A DNA stretch of 64,000 nucleotides from Candidatus Sulfotelmatobacter sp. (GTDB lineage Bacteria > Acidobacteriota > Terriglobia > Terriglobales > Acidobacteriaceae), in assembly GCA_025462865.1 (NCBI GenBank), contig JAOAPI010000058.1, forward strand, positions 50,090-114,089, given 5' to 3'. Below the pieces are notes generated by a model. That model saw only the letters and a program-made list of their open reading frames with translations, made no database searches and was not told where the DNA came from. A program made the translations under genes and the position numbers. Shown here piece by piece: positions 26,560 to 35,742 of this stretch (the stretch's first letter is position 1; the number at the start of each line of letters is the position of its first letter).

Positions 26560-28272
26560 ATGCAATCGACCTTCGACGAGCGGAACTGGCTATCCTGGCT
26601 GGTTAAAGTACGGATACTGATCCTAACCCTGCTGCTGTGTATCCAGTTGGCAGTCTCGCAACTGACGCCGTCGCATTTGCCGTTTCGACTTTTTCTCAGC
26701 ACCATCCTGCTGTGGTATACGCTTTCGCTTTTCTATGTACTGATGCTCTCGTTCTGGAGAGAGCACAGGTTACAGGCGTCCTTGCAAGTGCTGACCGACT
26801 TGGTGATGGTCAGCCTGGTTGTGCACGAGACAGGTGGCTGGGATAGTTCACTGAATTTTCTATACCCTCTGGTCATCATCGTGGCCGGAATTCTGCTGCC
26901 AAGGGTGTGGGCGCACCTGGTCGCCGCTCTTGCTTTCATTCTTTACGGTACGGTCCTTGAACTCAACTACTACGGAATTGTGCGTTCTTACTGCCTGACT
27001 CATCCTGAGTTGAAGGCGCTGCAGGGGATCATTTTCGTGAACCTGTTTGCGTTCCTGGCGGTCGCCTACCTTGCTAGCCTGCTGGTCGCCAAACTGCGCC
27101 AGGCTCGAGTGGAGTTGAAAGACACGAGCGGGGCGCTTGAGGATCTTCAGATTCTGCATGAAAACATCATTCAGTCCATCAGTAGTGGGCTGATCACCAC
27201 CGGTCTCGATGGCCGCATTACCCTGGCCAACAGCGCTGCGCAAAAACTACTGGAGCGACGAGCCGATCAGTTGCTGGGAAATCCGGTGACTGGATTATTT
27301 CTCGATGTGCTGCCCAATGGCGAATCGCGAATGCATGCGGAGGTTCGTTTCGATACGCCCGGAGCTTATCGCAAGACGGTTCGCGTAAGAGTTGCCGCTC
27401 TCAATGTTCCGGACCGCGGTCCGCTGGGATTTGTGTACGCGCTGGATGACCTCACTGAAATTCGGCGACTGGAACGTGAAGTGCGGATGCAGGACCGTCT
27501 GGCAGCCGTGGGGCGCCTGGCGGCAGCCATCGCTCACGAAATTCGTAATCCACTAACGTCGATTGCGGGCTCAGTCAGCATGCTCTCTGGCGCGCCGCAA
27601 CTCAGCGAAGAGCATCGCCGTTTGCTCGATATCGTGACCCGGGAATCGCAACGCTTGAACGGAATCATTACCGATTTCCTGGCGTATTCGCGTGGCAAGA
27701 AATATCACTTCGACAAAGCCGATCTGGTGCGATTGCTGGAAGATACCCTCACTCTCGTACGGCATCGCATGACTGCCGAGAATACCGGCATCATCATTGA
27801 GTGTCGCTTTGCCGCGACCGAAGCGTGGGTGCTCGCCGACGGCGACAAGATAAAACAGGTCTTTTGGAACTTTGCGGAGAATGCGATCCGCGCCATGCGC
27901 GACGGTGGCAATCTTAAAGTAGCGATCGAACGTCTGGGGAATGACTGGCAAGTGAGTTTTACCGACACTGGAACTGGAATGACGCCGCAACAGACCGAGA
28001 AGATCTTTGAACCATTTCAGTCGAACTTCGAAGGCGGCACCGGCCTCGGACTGGCAGTGGTCTACCAAATTGTGCAGGCACATGACGGCAAGGTATGGGC
28101 CAGATCGAAGCCCGGGCAGGGAAGCACTTTCGTTCTGAGACTTCGACGGCTCGATGCGGAAAGCCAGGTTGTTCGAACCTTAGAGACTGAAAAGAATTCT
28201 GATACTGAGTTCCACGGAGTCGCTTCAGTGGAACTGGCAGCCAGTGCGGCAGAGGGGAGGCCGCGTGGCTAA
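26560..28272 (+). CDS. pilS: sensor histidine kinase, PilS-like (multi-TM, PAS, HisKA, HATPase)
   Basis: Six predicted N-terminal TM helices and an AHEIRNPLTSI H-box. Lies adjacent to pilR. Confidence 0.75.
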   Translation: MQSTFDERNWLSWLVKVRILILTLLLCIQLAVSQLTPSHLPFRLFLSTILLWYTLSLFYVLMLSFWREHRLQASLQVLTDLVMVSLVVHETGGWDSSLNFLYPLVIIVAGILLPRVWAHLVAALAFILYGTVLELNYYGIVRSYCLTHPELKALQGIIFVNLFAFLAVAYLASLLVAKLRQARVELKDTSGALEDLQILHENIIQSISSGLITTGLDGRITLANSAAQKLLERRADQLLGNPVTGLFLDVLPNGESRMHAEVRFDTPGAYRKTVRVRVAALNVPDRGPLGFVYALDDLTEIRRLEREVRMQDRLAAVGRLAAAIAHEIRNPLTSIAGSVSMLSGAPQLSEEHRRLLDIVTRESQRLNGIITDFLAYSRGKKYHFDKADLVRLLEDTLTLVRHRMTAENTGIIIECRFAATEAWVLADGDKIKQVFWNFAENAIRAMRDGGNLKVAIERLGNDWQVSFTDTGTGMTPQQTEKIFEPFQSNFEGGTGLGLAVVYQIVQAHDGKVWARSKPGQGSTFVLRLRRLDAESQVVRTLETEKNSDTEFHGVASVELAASAAEGRPRG

Positions 28273-29659
28273 CATTCTGGTTTGCGACGATGAGCGCTCC
28301 ATCTGCGAGATGCTCGACATTGCGCTGCGCCGCGACGGCCACCGCGTGGAAACTGTGCAATCCGGGCAGGCGGCCAAGAACAAAATTGATGGCAATCTTT
28401 TCGATCTCATCATCACAGATATCAAGATGCCAAATATCGATGGCATCGAGGTCCTGCGCCATGCGCACCGCGTGTCGCCCGATTCACCGGTTATCCTGAT
28501 CACTGCCGTCGACGATTACGAAGCTGCGGTGGAAGCGGTGAAGGCTGGCGGCGCATCCGACTACATTCGCAAGAGTCCTGGGCTGGTAGACGAAATCAGG
28601 CTGGCTATCAACCGGGTGCTCGAAAAACTTTCTCTCAGTAAGCAGAACTTCGCACTTCGCCGCGACGCCGCCTCTCACAACTCGCTCGACAATATCATCG
28701 GGTCGGGCGCAGCTATGGAAAAGCTTAAGCAGACGGTGCGCACGGTCGCTTCCACCGCCAGCACAGTGCTGATTCACGGGGAGAGTGGCACCGGCAAAGA
28801 GTTGGTCGCGCGTGCGGTCCACATCTGTTCGCCCCGTGCAACGGAGCCCTTTGTCTCGGTAAATTGCGGAGCTTTTCCCGAGACTTTGCTGGAGAGCGAA
28901 CTGTTCGGCTATCTGAAGGGTGCTTTCACCGGAGCCAATCAGAACAAGCGAGGATTATTCGAGGTGGCCGGCGGCGGCACCATCTTCCTCGATGAAATCA
29001 GCGAGATGACTTTATCCATGCAGGTGAAACTGCTGCGAGTACTGCAGGAACGCACCGTGCGGCCGGTCGGAGGTACCAGCGAAATTTCCATTGATGTGCG
29101 CGTCATCGCGGCCACCAATCGCGATCTCGACAAAGCAGTCGCTGAAAATCTCTTTCGCGAAGATCTCTACTACCGCCTCAACGTAATTCCGATTCGCGTA
29201 CCAAACCTGCGCGAGCGCCGGGAAGATATTCTGTTACTAGCCAATCATTTTCTGAAAAAATACGCCACCGCCGCCAGCCGAAGCATTCTGCGCGTCAACA
29301 AGAATTCGCTGGATGCTCTTTGTGACTATGAATGGCCGGGCAATGTTCGCCAGCTGGAAAATACCGTCGAGCGCGCTGTGGCGCTGGAAACGACTGACGA
29401 GTTGCACGTCGAACTGCCTGCCGAACGGCCCAAAGCCCGCGCGGCCGCAGCGGGTATAGGTCCGTCGGGGATGTCTGAAATAGCGCCAGGGGCGGTGCTG
29501 CCTGACGGTGTGGGCATGGAGAACTACGTCGCAGGCATCGAGCGCACCTTGCTGCAAAATGCTCTGGACCACTCAAACGGAGTACAGACCAAGGCAGCAG
29601 AACTGCTCGGGATTTCCTACCGCTCGTTCCGGCATCTGATGAAGAAGTACGAGCTGTAA
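28265..29659 (+). CDS. pilR: sigma54-dependent response regulator PilR-like
   Basis: REC domain, AAA+ domain with canonical GAFTGA and a C-terminal HTH. GTG 28265 follows GAGGGGAGG and overlaps the pilS stop. Confidence 0.85.
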   Translation: MANILVCDDERSICEMLDIALRRDGHRVETVQSGQAAKNKIDGNLFDLIITDIKMPNIDGIEVLRHAHRVSPDSPVILITAVDDYEAAVEAVKAGGASDYIRKSPGLVDEIRLAINRVLEKLSLSKQNFALRRDAASHNSLDNIIGSGAAMEKLKQTVRTVASTASTVLIHGESGTGKELVARAVHICSPRATEPFVSVNCGAFPETLLESELFGYLKGAFTGANQNKRGLFEVAGGGTIFLDEISEMTLSMQVKLLRVLQERTVRPVGGTSEISIDVRVIAATNRDLDKAVAENLFREDLYYRLNVIPIRVPNLRERREDILLLANHFLKKYATAASRSILRVNKNSLDALCDYEWPGNVRQLENTVERAVALETTDELHVELPAERPKARAAAAGIGPSGMSEIAPGAVLPDGVGMENYVAGIERTLLQNALDHSNGVQTKAAELLGISYRSFRHLMKKYEL

Positions 29660-29660
29660 C

Positions 29661-29700
29661 GTCAGCTTCTAGCTGCTGGCTTCTAGCGCCTAGCCCGTAG
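29661..29700. repeat. CNNCTRG heptad arm (5 units) directly after the pilR stop
   Basis: CTTCTAG CTGCTGG CTTCTAG CGCCTAG CCCGTAG at 29666-29700. 29661-29688 is 27/28 identical to 14433-14460. Confidence 0.8.
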
Positions 29701-29820
29701 CATCCTGGGCAGCGATGATGTTCGTACCAGGGCGTGCCTTCAGGCGTGCCAAAAGTCTTGTCTCGTGAGCCCACCTTTAGGCGCCAGCCTTTTGGCGTTC
29801 GAGTAATTCCACGGGTTCTT

Positions 29821-29879
29821 GCTAGAAGCTAGAAGCTAGAAGCTAGAAGCTAGAAGCTAGAAGCTAGAAGCTAGAAGCT
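29821..29879. repeat. perfect tandem heptamer array (GCTAGAA)x8 plus GCT
   Basis: Eight identical units at 29821-29876. They encode the last codons and TAG stop of the convergent TPR gene, and are the reverse complement of the 29666-29700 arm. Confidence 0.95.
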
Positions 29880-30227
29880 CTTCTTCTTCAACTGCTGCTT
29901 CCATCCCAATACACGCGCCTTCGCGCCCTCTTCTTCAGCTTCTGGGATCATCCCCTTCTTCTGATAGAGCACCGACAAGCTCGTATGCGCTAGTACATCG
30001 TCGGGGTCCAACACCGTAATTTGCTGTGCCGCCGCGATTGCTTCGTCATATCGCTGCAAGTCCTGCAGAGCGCGCGCCAGTCCGTGCAGGGCTTCCGTAA
30101 ACCCAGAGTCAGCCGCCAGCGACTCGCGGTAGGCCGTGACCGCCTCCTCCAGCTTCCCATCCGCCATCAAATCAAGCGCGGCATAATAGCGATCCTCGGC
30201 TTTTTCTCGGGCGTTTGTGTCAGACAT
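29871..30227 (-). CDS. tetratricopeptide-repeat protein
   Basis: 118 aa with three TPR-like units (YYAALDLMADGKLEEAVTAYRESL...). Confidence 0.75.
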   Translation of the reverse strand: MSDTNAREKAEDRYYAALDLMADGKLEEAVTAYRESLAADSGFTEALHGLARALQDLQRYDEAIAAAQQITVLDPDDVLAHTSLSVLYQKKGMIPEAEEEGAKARVLGWKQQLKKKSF

Positions 30228-30468
30228 GGGTGGAAGTTCCTGGGCGGAGACAGGATTTTAACATGCTGCAGCTACCGCAGGTTCGTTTGCGGGGAGCAAC
30301 GTGATCCGCGAGCGAAACAACGGACCTTCCTTAGCACGCACCCCGAAGTCCGCCAGCAGAACAGGGTCCCTCGCTGCGCTCGGCTGACAAATTAATCATT
30401 GAGGCGCTTTAAGCAACGGAACATGACTCGTGCATAGCGAAGCGTGCCTTCTGTGGTTATCATGCTTC

Positions 30469-30702
30469 ATGCGCCATTCGCTCCGCTTTCTGTGGAACGC
30501 TACCAGGGGCCATCGCCTGGCTCCGTGGCGCAGTCCGTATCTTCTGTGGCGCATTGAGACCTACTGCGGCGTGAAGATGACACAGATTGGGTTTGTCGAG
30601 TTCTGGGAATTCTTGTGGCGCGAACGCATCAGTCTCTGGCGTTTTCTGAAGTGGACGGCTGAGATGGAGCGTTATGCTCACCCCAGGCCCAAGCGCTTGT
30701 AG
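30469..30702 (+). CDS. hypothetical Trp/Arg-rich small protein
   Basis: Only sizeable ORF in this gap (track 30430..30702); first ATG at 30469. Sequence MRHSLRFLWNATRGHRLAPWRSPYLLWRIETY... No family recognised. Confidence 0.4.
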   Translation: MRHSLRFLWNATRGHRLAPWRSPYLLWRIETYCGVKMTQIGFVEFWEFLWRERISLWRFLKWTAEMERYAHPRPKRL

Positions 30703-30706
30703 CGAG

Positions 30707-31558
30707 CTACGCGCCTTTGCCGGCCGCCGCAGCCTCGCCTAGAACGACGGTGACATCGGTCCCTTTGCCGGCCCCGGTCAACTGAACCGCGGCGCCGCGG
30801 TTCGCGGCAATCTCCAGGAATCCCATGCTGCCCAGGATTCCAAATACCTCTCCTGGAGCGCCTTCGGCGTAAACACTGTGCATCTCGGTAATTTCGTGGC
30901 TGCCGAGGACGATCTTGAATCCCTTTGCGCCGGCTGCAAATAACGCCGGAGCATCTTGCGGCGTGATGTTAGTAATGAGATTTCCGAACCGGTCAACCTT
31001 CAGCACGACCCCGCGCAAGCGGTTTGCATCGACAGCTTTCGGCTTGGGCGCGGAAAACCGCACGTACTCTTGCACCTCGTCGCCAAACTTCAGCGTGTCG
31101 ACTTCTTTTGCCAGATACGCGGCTACAGGCGCAAAAATATCGCGCGCATGAAACGTATTGCTCACTGGCTGCAAAAAATAATGTTCGGAGGTAATGTGCC
31201 GCACGTGCATGCGCTCTTCACGCGCGTAAACCAGCGAAAGCACGCCATTGTCAGGGGCAATGAAATGATATTTGTCACTGGAGGCCAAGATCGGCCGTCT
31301 CGCCGTGCCCACCCCCGGATCCACTACCACCAGATGCACTGTCCGGGTGGGGAAGTAAGAGTAAGCCTGCGAAATGGTCAGGGCACCGTCGAGGACGTCG
31401 AACGCCTGGACCGAATGGCAGATGTCGACAATCTGAGCCTCCGGCACAATCTCCAGAATGACGCCCTTCAGCGTGCCCACAAAGTGGTCGTTGTTGCCGA
31501 AATCGGTTGTAAGAGTAATAACCGGACGATTTGACAAAGTTTCCTCTCGGGAAGACAC
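30707..31558 (-). CDS. SAM hydrolase / SAM hydroxide adenosyltransferase family protein (DUF62)
   Basis: ITLTTDFG..D.FVG..KGVI and VVDPGVGT motifs. Confidence 0.85.
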   Translation of the reverse strand: MSSREETLSNRPVITLTTDFGNNDHFVGTLKGVILEIVPEAQIVDICHSVQAFDVLDGALTISQAYSYFPTRTVHLVVVDPGVGTARRPILASSDKYHFIAPDNGVLSLVYAREERMHVRHITSEHYFLQPVSNTFHARDIFAPVAAYLAKEVDTLKFGDEVQEYVRFSAPKPKAVDANRLRGVVLKVDRFGNLITNITPQDAPALFAAGAKGFKIVLGSHEITEMHSVYAEGAPGEVFGILGSMGFLEIAANRGAAVQLTGAGKGTDVTVVLGEAAAAGKGA

Positions 31559-31629
31559 AGCACTCCCAGAATGTCGAAAGTAATTGCTGGTGAGCGCTGC
31601 GTCAAGGTACCGAGGTAATGGTGAAGAAA

Positions 31630-31714
31630 GTGGTCAGTGGTCAGTGGCCAGTGATTAGAATTCGAACCTCTGAATCTGGCCACTAACCACTGGCTACTAA
31701 CCACTGCTTACTGG
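31630..31714. repeat. GTGGYCA / TGGCCAC-type heptad inverted repeat (long imperfect hairpin)
   Basis: Left arm: GTGGTCA GTGGTCA GTGGCCA GTGATTA. Right arm: TGGCCAC TAACCAC TGGCTAC TAACCAC TGCTTAC. The right arm contains the DUF4097 gene stop (31708-31710). Confidence 0.8.
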
Positions 31715-32631
31715 ATATGAATATCGCCTGATCCTGTGCGCAAGGTCAGCAATGGGCCACCGCCCCGCACCTTGCCTTGAATTGACTTGTGTGATTCCTG
31801 CACGCGTCCCTGCACAGTCATGGTGATCGGCGCATCCAAGTCCAAGGTGCCTGAACTGGTCGAAATATCGGCGTCAAAGGCCGCATTGGCGGGCAGTCGC
31901 ACGTGCACATTGCCTGAGCCGGTCCGTACTGTCCACGTGCCCGTTTGTGTGCCTTCAGCTGTAATGTCGCCGCTGCCTGCATCGGCACGAAACGCTCCTT
32001 GAACGCCGCGTGCCGTGATGTTGCCCGAACCGGTATGCAGATCGACGTCGCCAGATCCAGCCTCTTCCAGTTCGATGTTTCCACTGCCTGCGCCTGCCCG
32101 CACCGGCCCAGTAATTTCGCGGGCCCGCACATCGCCCGAACCGGTCTGCAAGCGAAGCTCTCCCGTAAGTTGTGCGAGCTTGATGTTTCCCGAACCGCTC
32201 TGCAGATCGGCGTTGCCCCGAGTGCCTTCAATGATCTGGTCCCCGGAGCCGCTATGCGTGCGGATCGTAGTGTCGGCGGGGACGGTGATTTCGTAATCCA
32301 CCGAAATGTCTCGAGCATTTACGTACTCGATGTGGATGTTATTCCCGTCCTGCCGCAGCGGCGGATGCTGTTCGATGTCACTCACGTCGGCGTGCCGATT
32401 TCCGAAGAGCCAGCGGTCGCTAACGAAAATCTTGCCTCGAACCGTTACGGCGCCCGAGCCTCCACTACGCACCGTGATATCCCCGGAGCGGCTTCGCACT
32501 TCCAAGTCGACGGGTCCATTTACCTGAAATGTCTTCTCGAATGTTCCCTGCGGGGTGGAGGCAACTGCAAAGCTGCAAGCCAGCAATAAAACTAGAATGG
32601 AAGTGGAGACTCGGCGCATGTATTGGTTCAT
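31708..32631 (-). CDS. DUF4097 domain protein (putative beta-helical adhesin), secreted
   Basis: Signal peptide followed by many GSGDI/GSGNI repeats. Confidence 0.75.
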   Translation of the reverse strand: MNQYMRRVSTSILVLLLACSFAVASTPQGTFEKTFQVNGPVDLEVRSRSGDITVRSGGSGAVTVRGKIFVSDRWLFGNRHADVSDIEQHPPLRQDGNNIHIEYVNARDISVDYEITVPADTTIRTHSGSGDQIIEGTRGNADLQSGSGNIKLAQLTGELRLQTGSGDVRAREITGPVRAGAGSGNIELEEAGSGDVDLHTGSGNITARGVQGAFRADAGSGDITAEGTQTGTWTVRTGSGNVHVRLPANAAFDADISTSSGTLDLDAPITMTVQGRVQESHKSIQGKVRGGGPLLTLRTGSGDIHIQ

Positions 32632-32718
32632 GTCGTTTCAACTCCTAAGTTATTAACGCGGCGTCCGGCATGAGAATCGCAATTCGCCGCCCAGAAGCTA
32701 TTGTCGGCCGCCGCATTC

Positions 32719-33933
32719 TTACTGCAGCACTACCTGATCGCCTTCCTTCAACCCGCTCAGCACTTCCGTCTTTGCGCCGTTCGAGATCCCAATATTGACT
32801 GCAATCTTATTCTTGCCGTCCTTGCCCTTGGAGTCAGGAATTTCCACGGAAGCCTTCTTGTCCTTGTCGTAAAGGATGGCGCCTTCCGGAATCTGCAGCA
32901 CGGCCTTGTGCTCTTCCAGGATGATTTCAGCGTTGGCGGTCATTTCGGCCTTAAGCTCGCCGCCCGGATTCTGAATTGAAACCCGTACTTCAAACGTAGT
33001 GACGTTATCCTTCTCCACGCCCATGGGAGAAATCTTGGTAACCTTGCCCGAGAAAGTCTTGTCCTTGAACGACTCCACCTTGATCCGCGCCGGTTGCCCG
33101 AGATACACCTTGCCGATATCACTCTCATCCACCTTACCCTTGACATAGACTTCGCTGGTGTCTCCGAGAGTCATTACCAGAGTGGCCGATGATCCCAGCA
33201 CCAGAATCGAACTGACTGCGTCGCCCAGTTGCACATCGCGCGAGAGCACGATGCCGTCAAGGGGCGAAATGATATCGGTATAGTTGAGTTGCTCTTCGAG
33301 TTGTTTGAGATTGGCCTGATCCTGTGCTACCTGGGCCTGAGCTTGCGCGATCTTCGCCTGCAAGACCGTAACTTGCGCCTTTGATACATTCTGCTTATTG
33401 AGCGCCAGTTCGTAGTTCTTCTGAGCATCGTCCAGCGCTGAGGCGGAAACCACTCCATCCTTTGCCATGTTAGTGGCGCGGTCAAAGGCCCGCTTCAGCA
33501 GCGGCACTTCGGGACCTTGCGCGTCTACCTTGGCGCGCTCCAGGTCGGCGCGAGTGCTGCTCAAGTTGGCCTGCGCGGCTTCGAGCGATGCCCGCGATTG
33601 CTCGACCTGCGCTTCGATTTCGATCTTGTCAAGCTGCGCCAGCAACTGACCTCTCTTCACTCGATCGCCGTAGTCCACCAGAAGCTTCTTAACAATGCCG
33701 CTGGCCTTGGACTTCACCTCGACTTTTATGATGGGCGTCACTTTGCCCGTTGCGACCACGCTCTTGGCTAAGTCGCCTTTCTCCACTTTTGCCAGTTTCG
33801 ACGGATCAATCTTGGTTCCACCGCGTGTGGCTGCGAACACCCCAATCGCAATCAGGAGTACGATCGCCAGCACTATGCCGCCGTAGATATACAGTTTGCG
33901 ACGCTTCTTCTTATTGTTTCCGTTTCCGTTCAC
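32719..33933 (-). CDS. efflux transporter periplasmic adaptor subunit (HlyD/MacA-like MFP)
   Basis: N-terminal TM anchor, long coiled-coil hairpin, and barrel-sandwich and beta-barrel regions. No pump gene adjacent. Confidence 0.85.
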   Translation of the reverse strand: MNGNGNNKKKRRKLYIYGGIVLAIVLLIAIGVFAATRGGTKIDPSKLAKVEKGDLAKSVVATGKVTPIIKVEVKSKASGIVKKLLVDYGDRVKRGQLLAQLDKIEIEAQVEQSRASLEAAQANLSSTRADLERAKVDAQGPEVPLLKRAFDRATNMAKDGVVSASALDDAQKNYELALNKQNVSKAQVTVLQAKIAQAQAQVAQDQANLKQLEEQLNYTDIISPLDGIVLSRDVQLGDAVSSILVLGSSATLVMTLGDTSEVYVKGKVDESDIGKVYLGQPARIKVESFKDKTFSGKVTKISPMGVEKDNVTTFEVRVSIQNPGGELKAEMTANAEIILEEHKAVLQIPEGAILYDKDKKASVEIPDSKGKDGKNKIAVNIGISNGAKTEVLSGLKEGDQVVLQ

Positions 33934-34185
33934 AACCGCCTCCTAAATGCAACCTGGCAAATAGAGCCCGTAATGCGCTCTCACTACCCTGTACGCAGTC
34001 ACAACTGCCTTTGTTCCAGAAATTTCGCGCTGAAACCAGGATGAAACCGTACCAAGGCCACTCCACTTGCCAGTTAGACCTTCCTGATAAGAAAAAGGTT
34101 AGCCCCCGAATCCAAAACTTTTGCTTGGTGTAGATGGGCAACTAAGCTCTCCCATCGACCTTTGGAATGTTAGAATTACGCATCC

Positions 34186-35574
34186 ATGATCGCCTTTGTG
34201 CTGCTCCGGGTGCTGCTGATCCTTCTCCTGGTGGCGGCGAATGCGTTTTTTGCGGCCGCGGAGTTTTCCCTGGTCAGCGTTCGCGACACGCGCATTCAAC
34301 AGCTTATCGCCTCGGGGCGCATTGGCGCTCGCATCGTCCAGCGCCTCCATCAGCATCTCGACGAAGTCGTGAACGGCGTGCAGCTCGGTATCACCATGGT
34401 GAGCCTCACTCTGGGCTGGATCGGCGAACCCATGGTCGCGCGTTTAGTGGAATCTCTGCACTTTGTGCACGAAGTTCCACACGCGGCCGTTTATGCCCAT
34501 GGCATTGCCATCGTGATCGCGTTTACGCTGATTACGTATCTGCATGTGCTGCTGGGCGAATTGGTGCCGAAGACTCTTGCTCTGCAACGGGCTGAGCAGA
34601 TTGCCCTCGCCGTGGCTGCGCCCATGGAAGCATTCCTCACCGTGACCCGCCCTGTGCTTTTTTTCATGCGGCAATCCGGTGGCCTGGTATTGAGACTTTT
34701 CGGAGCCCGCGATACCCGGCGCGGAGGCGCCGTTCATTCACCGGATGAGTTGAAGCTCATCGTTACCGCCAGCCGCCAGTTCGGCCAGATCCCCGAATCG
34801 CAGGAAGAGATGATCCACAATGCCATCGAACTCGACAGCATTACGGTTCGCGAAGTCATGGTGGCGCGCCCGGATATTTTTTCGCTGCCCTCCGATCTCA
34901 CACTCGATGAGGCGTTGAACCGCGTCGTCGAAAGTCAGCACTCGCGCATTCCGGTATATGACCCGCAAAGCGGTCCTGAGCATATCGTCGGCGTCCTTTA
35001 CTACAAGGAGCTCGTACGCTGGGTGCGCTTGAGACTGGTCAATCTGGGGCAGCCCGTAGCTTCGCGCATCGCCCGCACGCAGATTGGCCACATCATGCAC
35101 GACGTGCTGGTTGTTCCGGAGACGAAGGTTCTGGCGGAACTACTGGACGAGTTCCAGCAGCGCCGTCGTCACCTCGCCGTCGTAGTCGATGAGTTCGGTT
35201 CCACCGCCGGAGTAATTACCGTCGAGGATATTCTTGAGCAACTCGTGGGCGACCTCGAAGACGAATTTGATGTTGCCACTCCAGAGCCCGCGCTGGCAGA
35301 TGAATCGACTCTAGTGCTGGAAGGGGCGGTAAACATCCGTGACCTCGAGACTCAGCACGACTTGGTTCTTCCGCGCGATGCCGGCTTCGAAACTCTCGCG
35401 GGATTCGTGCTCGCCCGCCTGCAACGCATTCCGTATCTCGGCGAGTTTTTTGACTACGAAGGCCGCCGCTATACCGTGGAGGAAATGGAAGGCCACCGCA
35501 TTGCCAAAGTAAAGATCGAAAAAGTGGAAGGCACCGAGGGAAAAGCGCAGAGCGCAAAGCAGACCGGAGACTGA
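34186..35574 (+). CDS. CNNM/CorC-type hemolysin-family protein (second paralog)
   Basis: DUF21 TM region, CBS pair and CorC_HlyC C-terminal domain. Confidence 0.85.
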   Translation: MIAFVLLRVLLILLLVAANAFFAAAEFSLVSVRDTRIQQLIASGRIGARIVQRLHQHLDEVVNGVQLGITMVSLTLGWIGEPMVARLVESLHFVHEVPHAAVYAHGIAIVIAFTLITYLHVLLGELVPKTLALQRAEQIALAVAAPMEAFLTVTRPVLFFMRQSGGLVLRLFGARDTRRGGAVHSPDELKLIVTASRQFGQIPESQEEMIHNAIELDSITVREVMVARPDIFSLPSDLTLDEALNRVVESQHSRIPVYDPQSGPEHIVGVLYYKELVRWVRLRLVNLGQPVASRIARTQIGHIMHDVLVVPETKVLAELLDEFQQRRRHLAVVVDEFGSTAGVITVEDILEQLVGDLEDEFDVATPEPALADESTLVLEGAVNIRDLETQHDLVLPRDAGFETLAGFVLARLQRIPYLGEFFDYEGRRYTVEEMEGHRIAKVKIEKVEGTEGKAQSAKQTGD

Positions 35575-35707
35575 AGATGTGTATTGGATACAACCATACG
35601 AGCCTCCACAATTCCTGTTATTCAGGGCGAATCGGAGCATCCCGTGCTCGCATATGCTGCGATAAACTGCGCCAGGAATTCCTACCGCTGAACTCGTTTT
35701 TTCGCGC

Positions 35708-35742
35708 TGGTCACTGGCCACTGGCCACTACTCACTGATTCA
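35708..35742. repeat. TGGYCAC heptad array (5 units) abutting the dppB-like start codon
   Basis: TGGTCAC TGGCCAC TGGCCAC TACTCAC TGATTCA. The last base is the A of ATG 35742. Same heptad family as 31676-31714. Confidence 0.8.

Noticed and set aside
31655-31675. tRNA-like TTCGAACC (T-loop-like) sequence
   Set aside because: It lies in the loop of the heptad hairpin. No acceptor, D or anticodon arms can be drawn around it. I found no convincing tRNA, rRNA, tmRNA or RNase P sequence anywhere in the window.
33934-34185. Riboswitch or structured leader upstream of the second CNNM/CorC gene
   Set aside because: I could not recognise any known riboswitch core or strong conserved-looking structure. 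There is only a TGtTAGAAT extended -10-like sequence 11 nt before the ATG, which would imply a nearly leaderless mRNA. This is unsupported.
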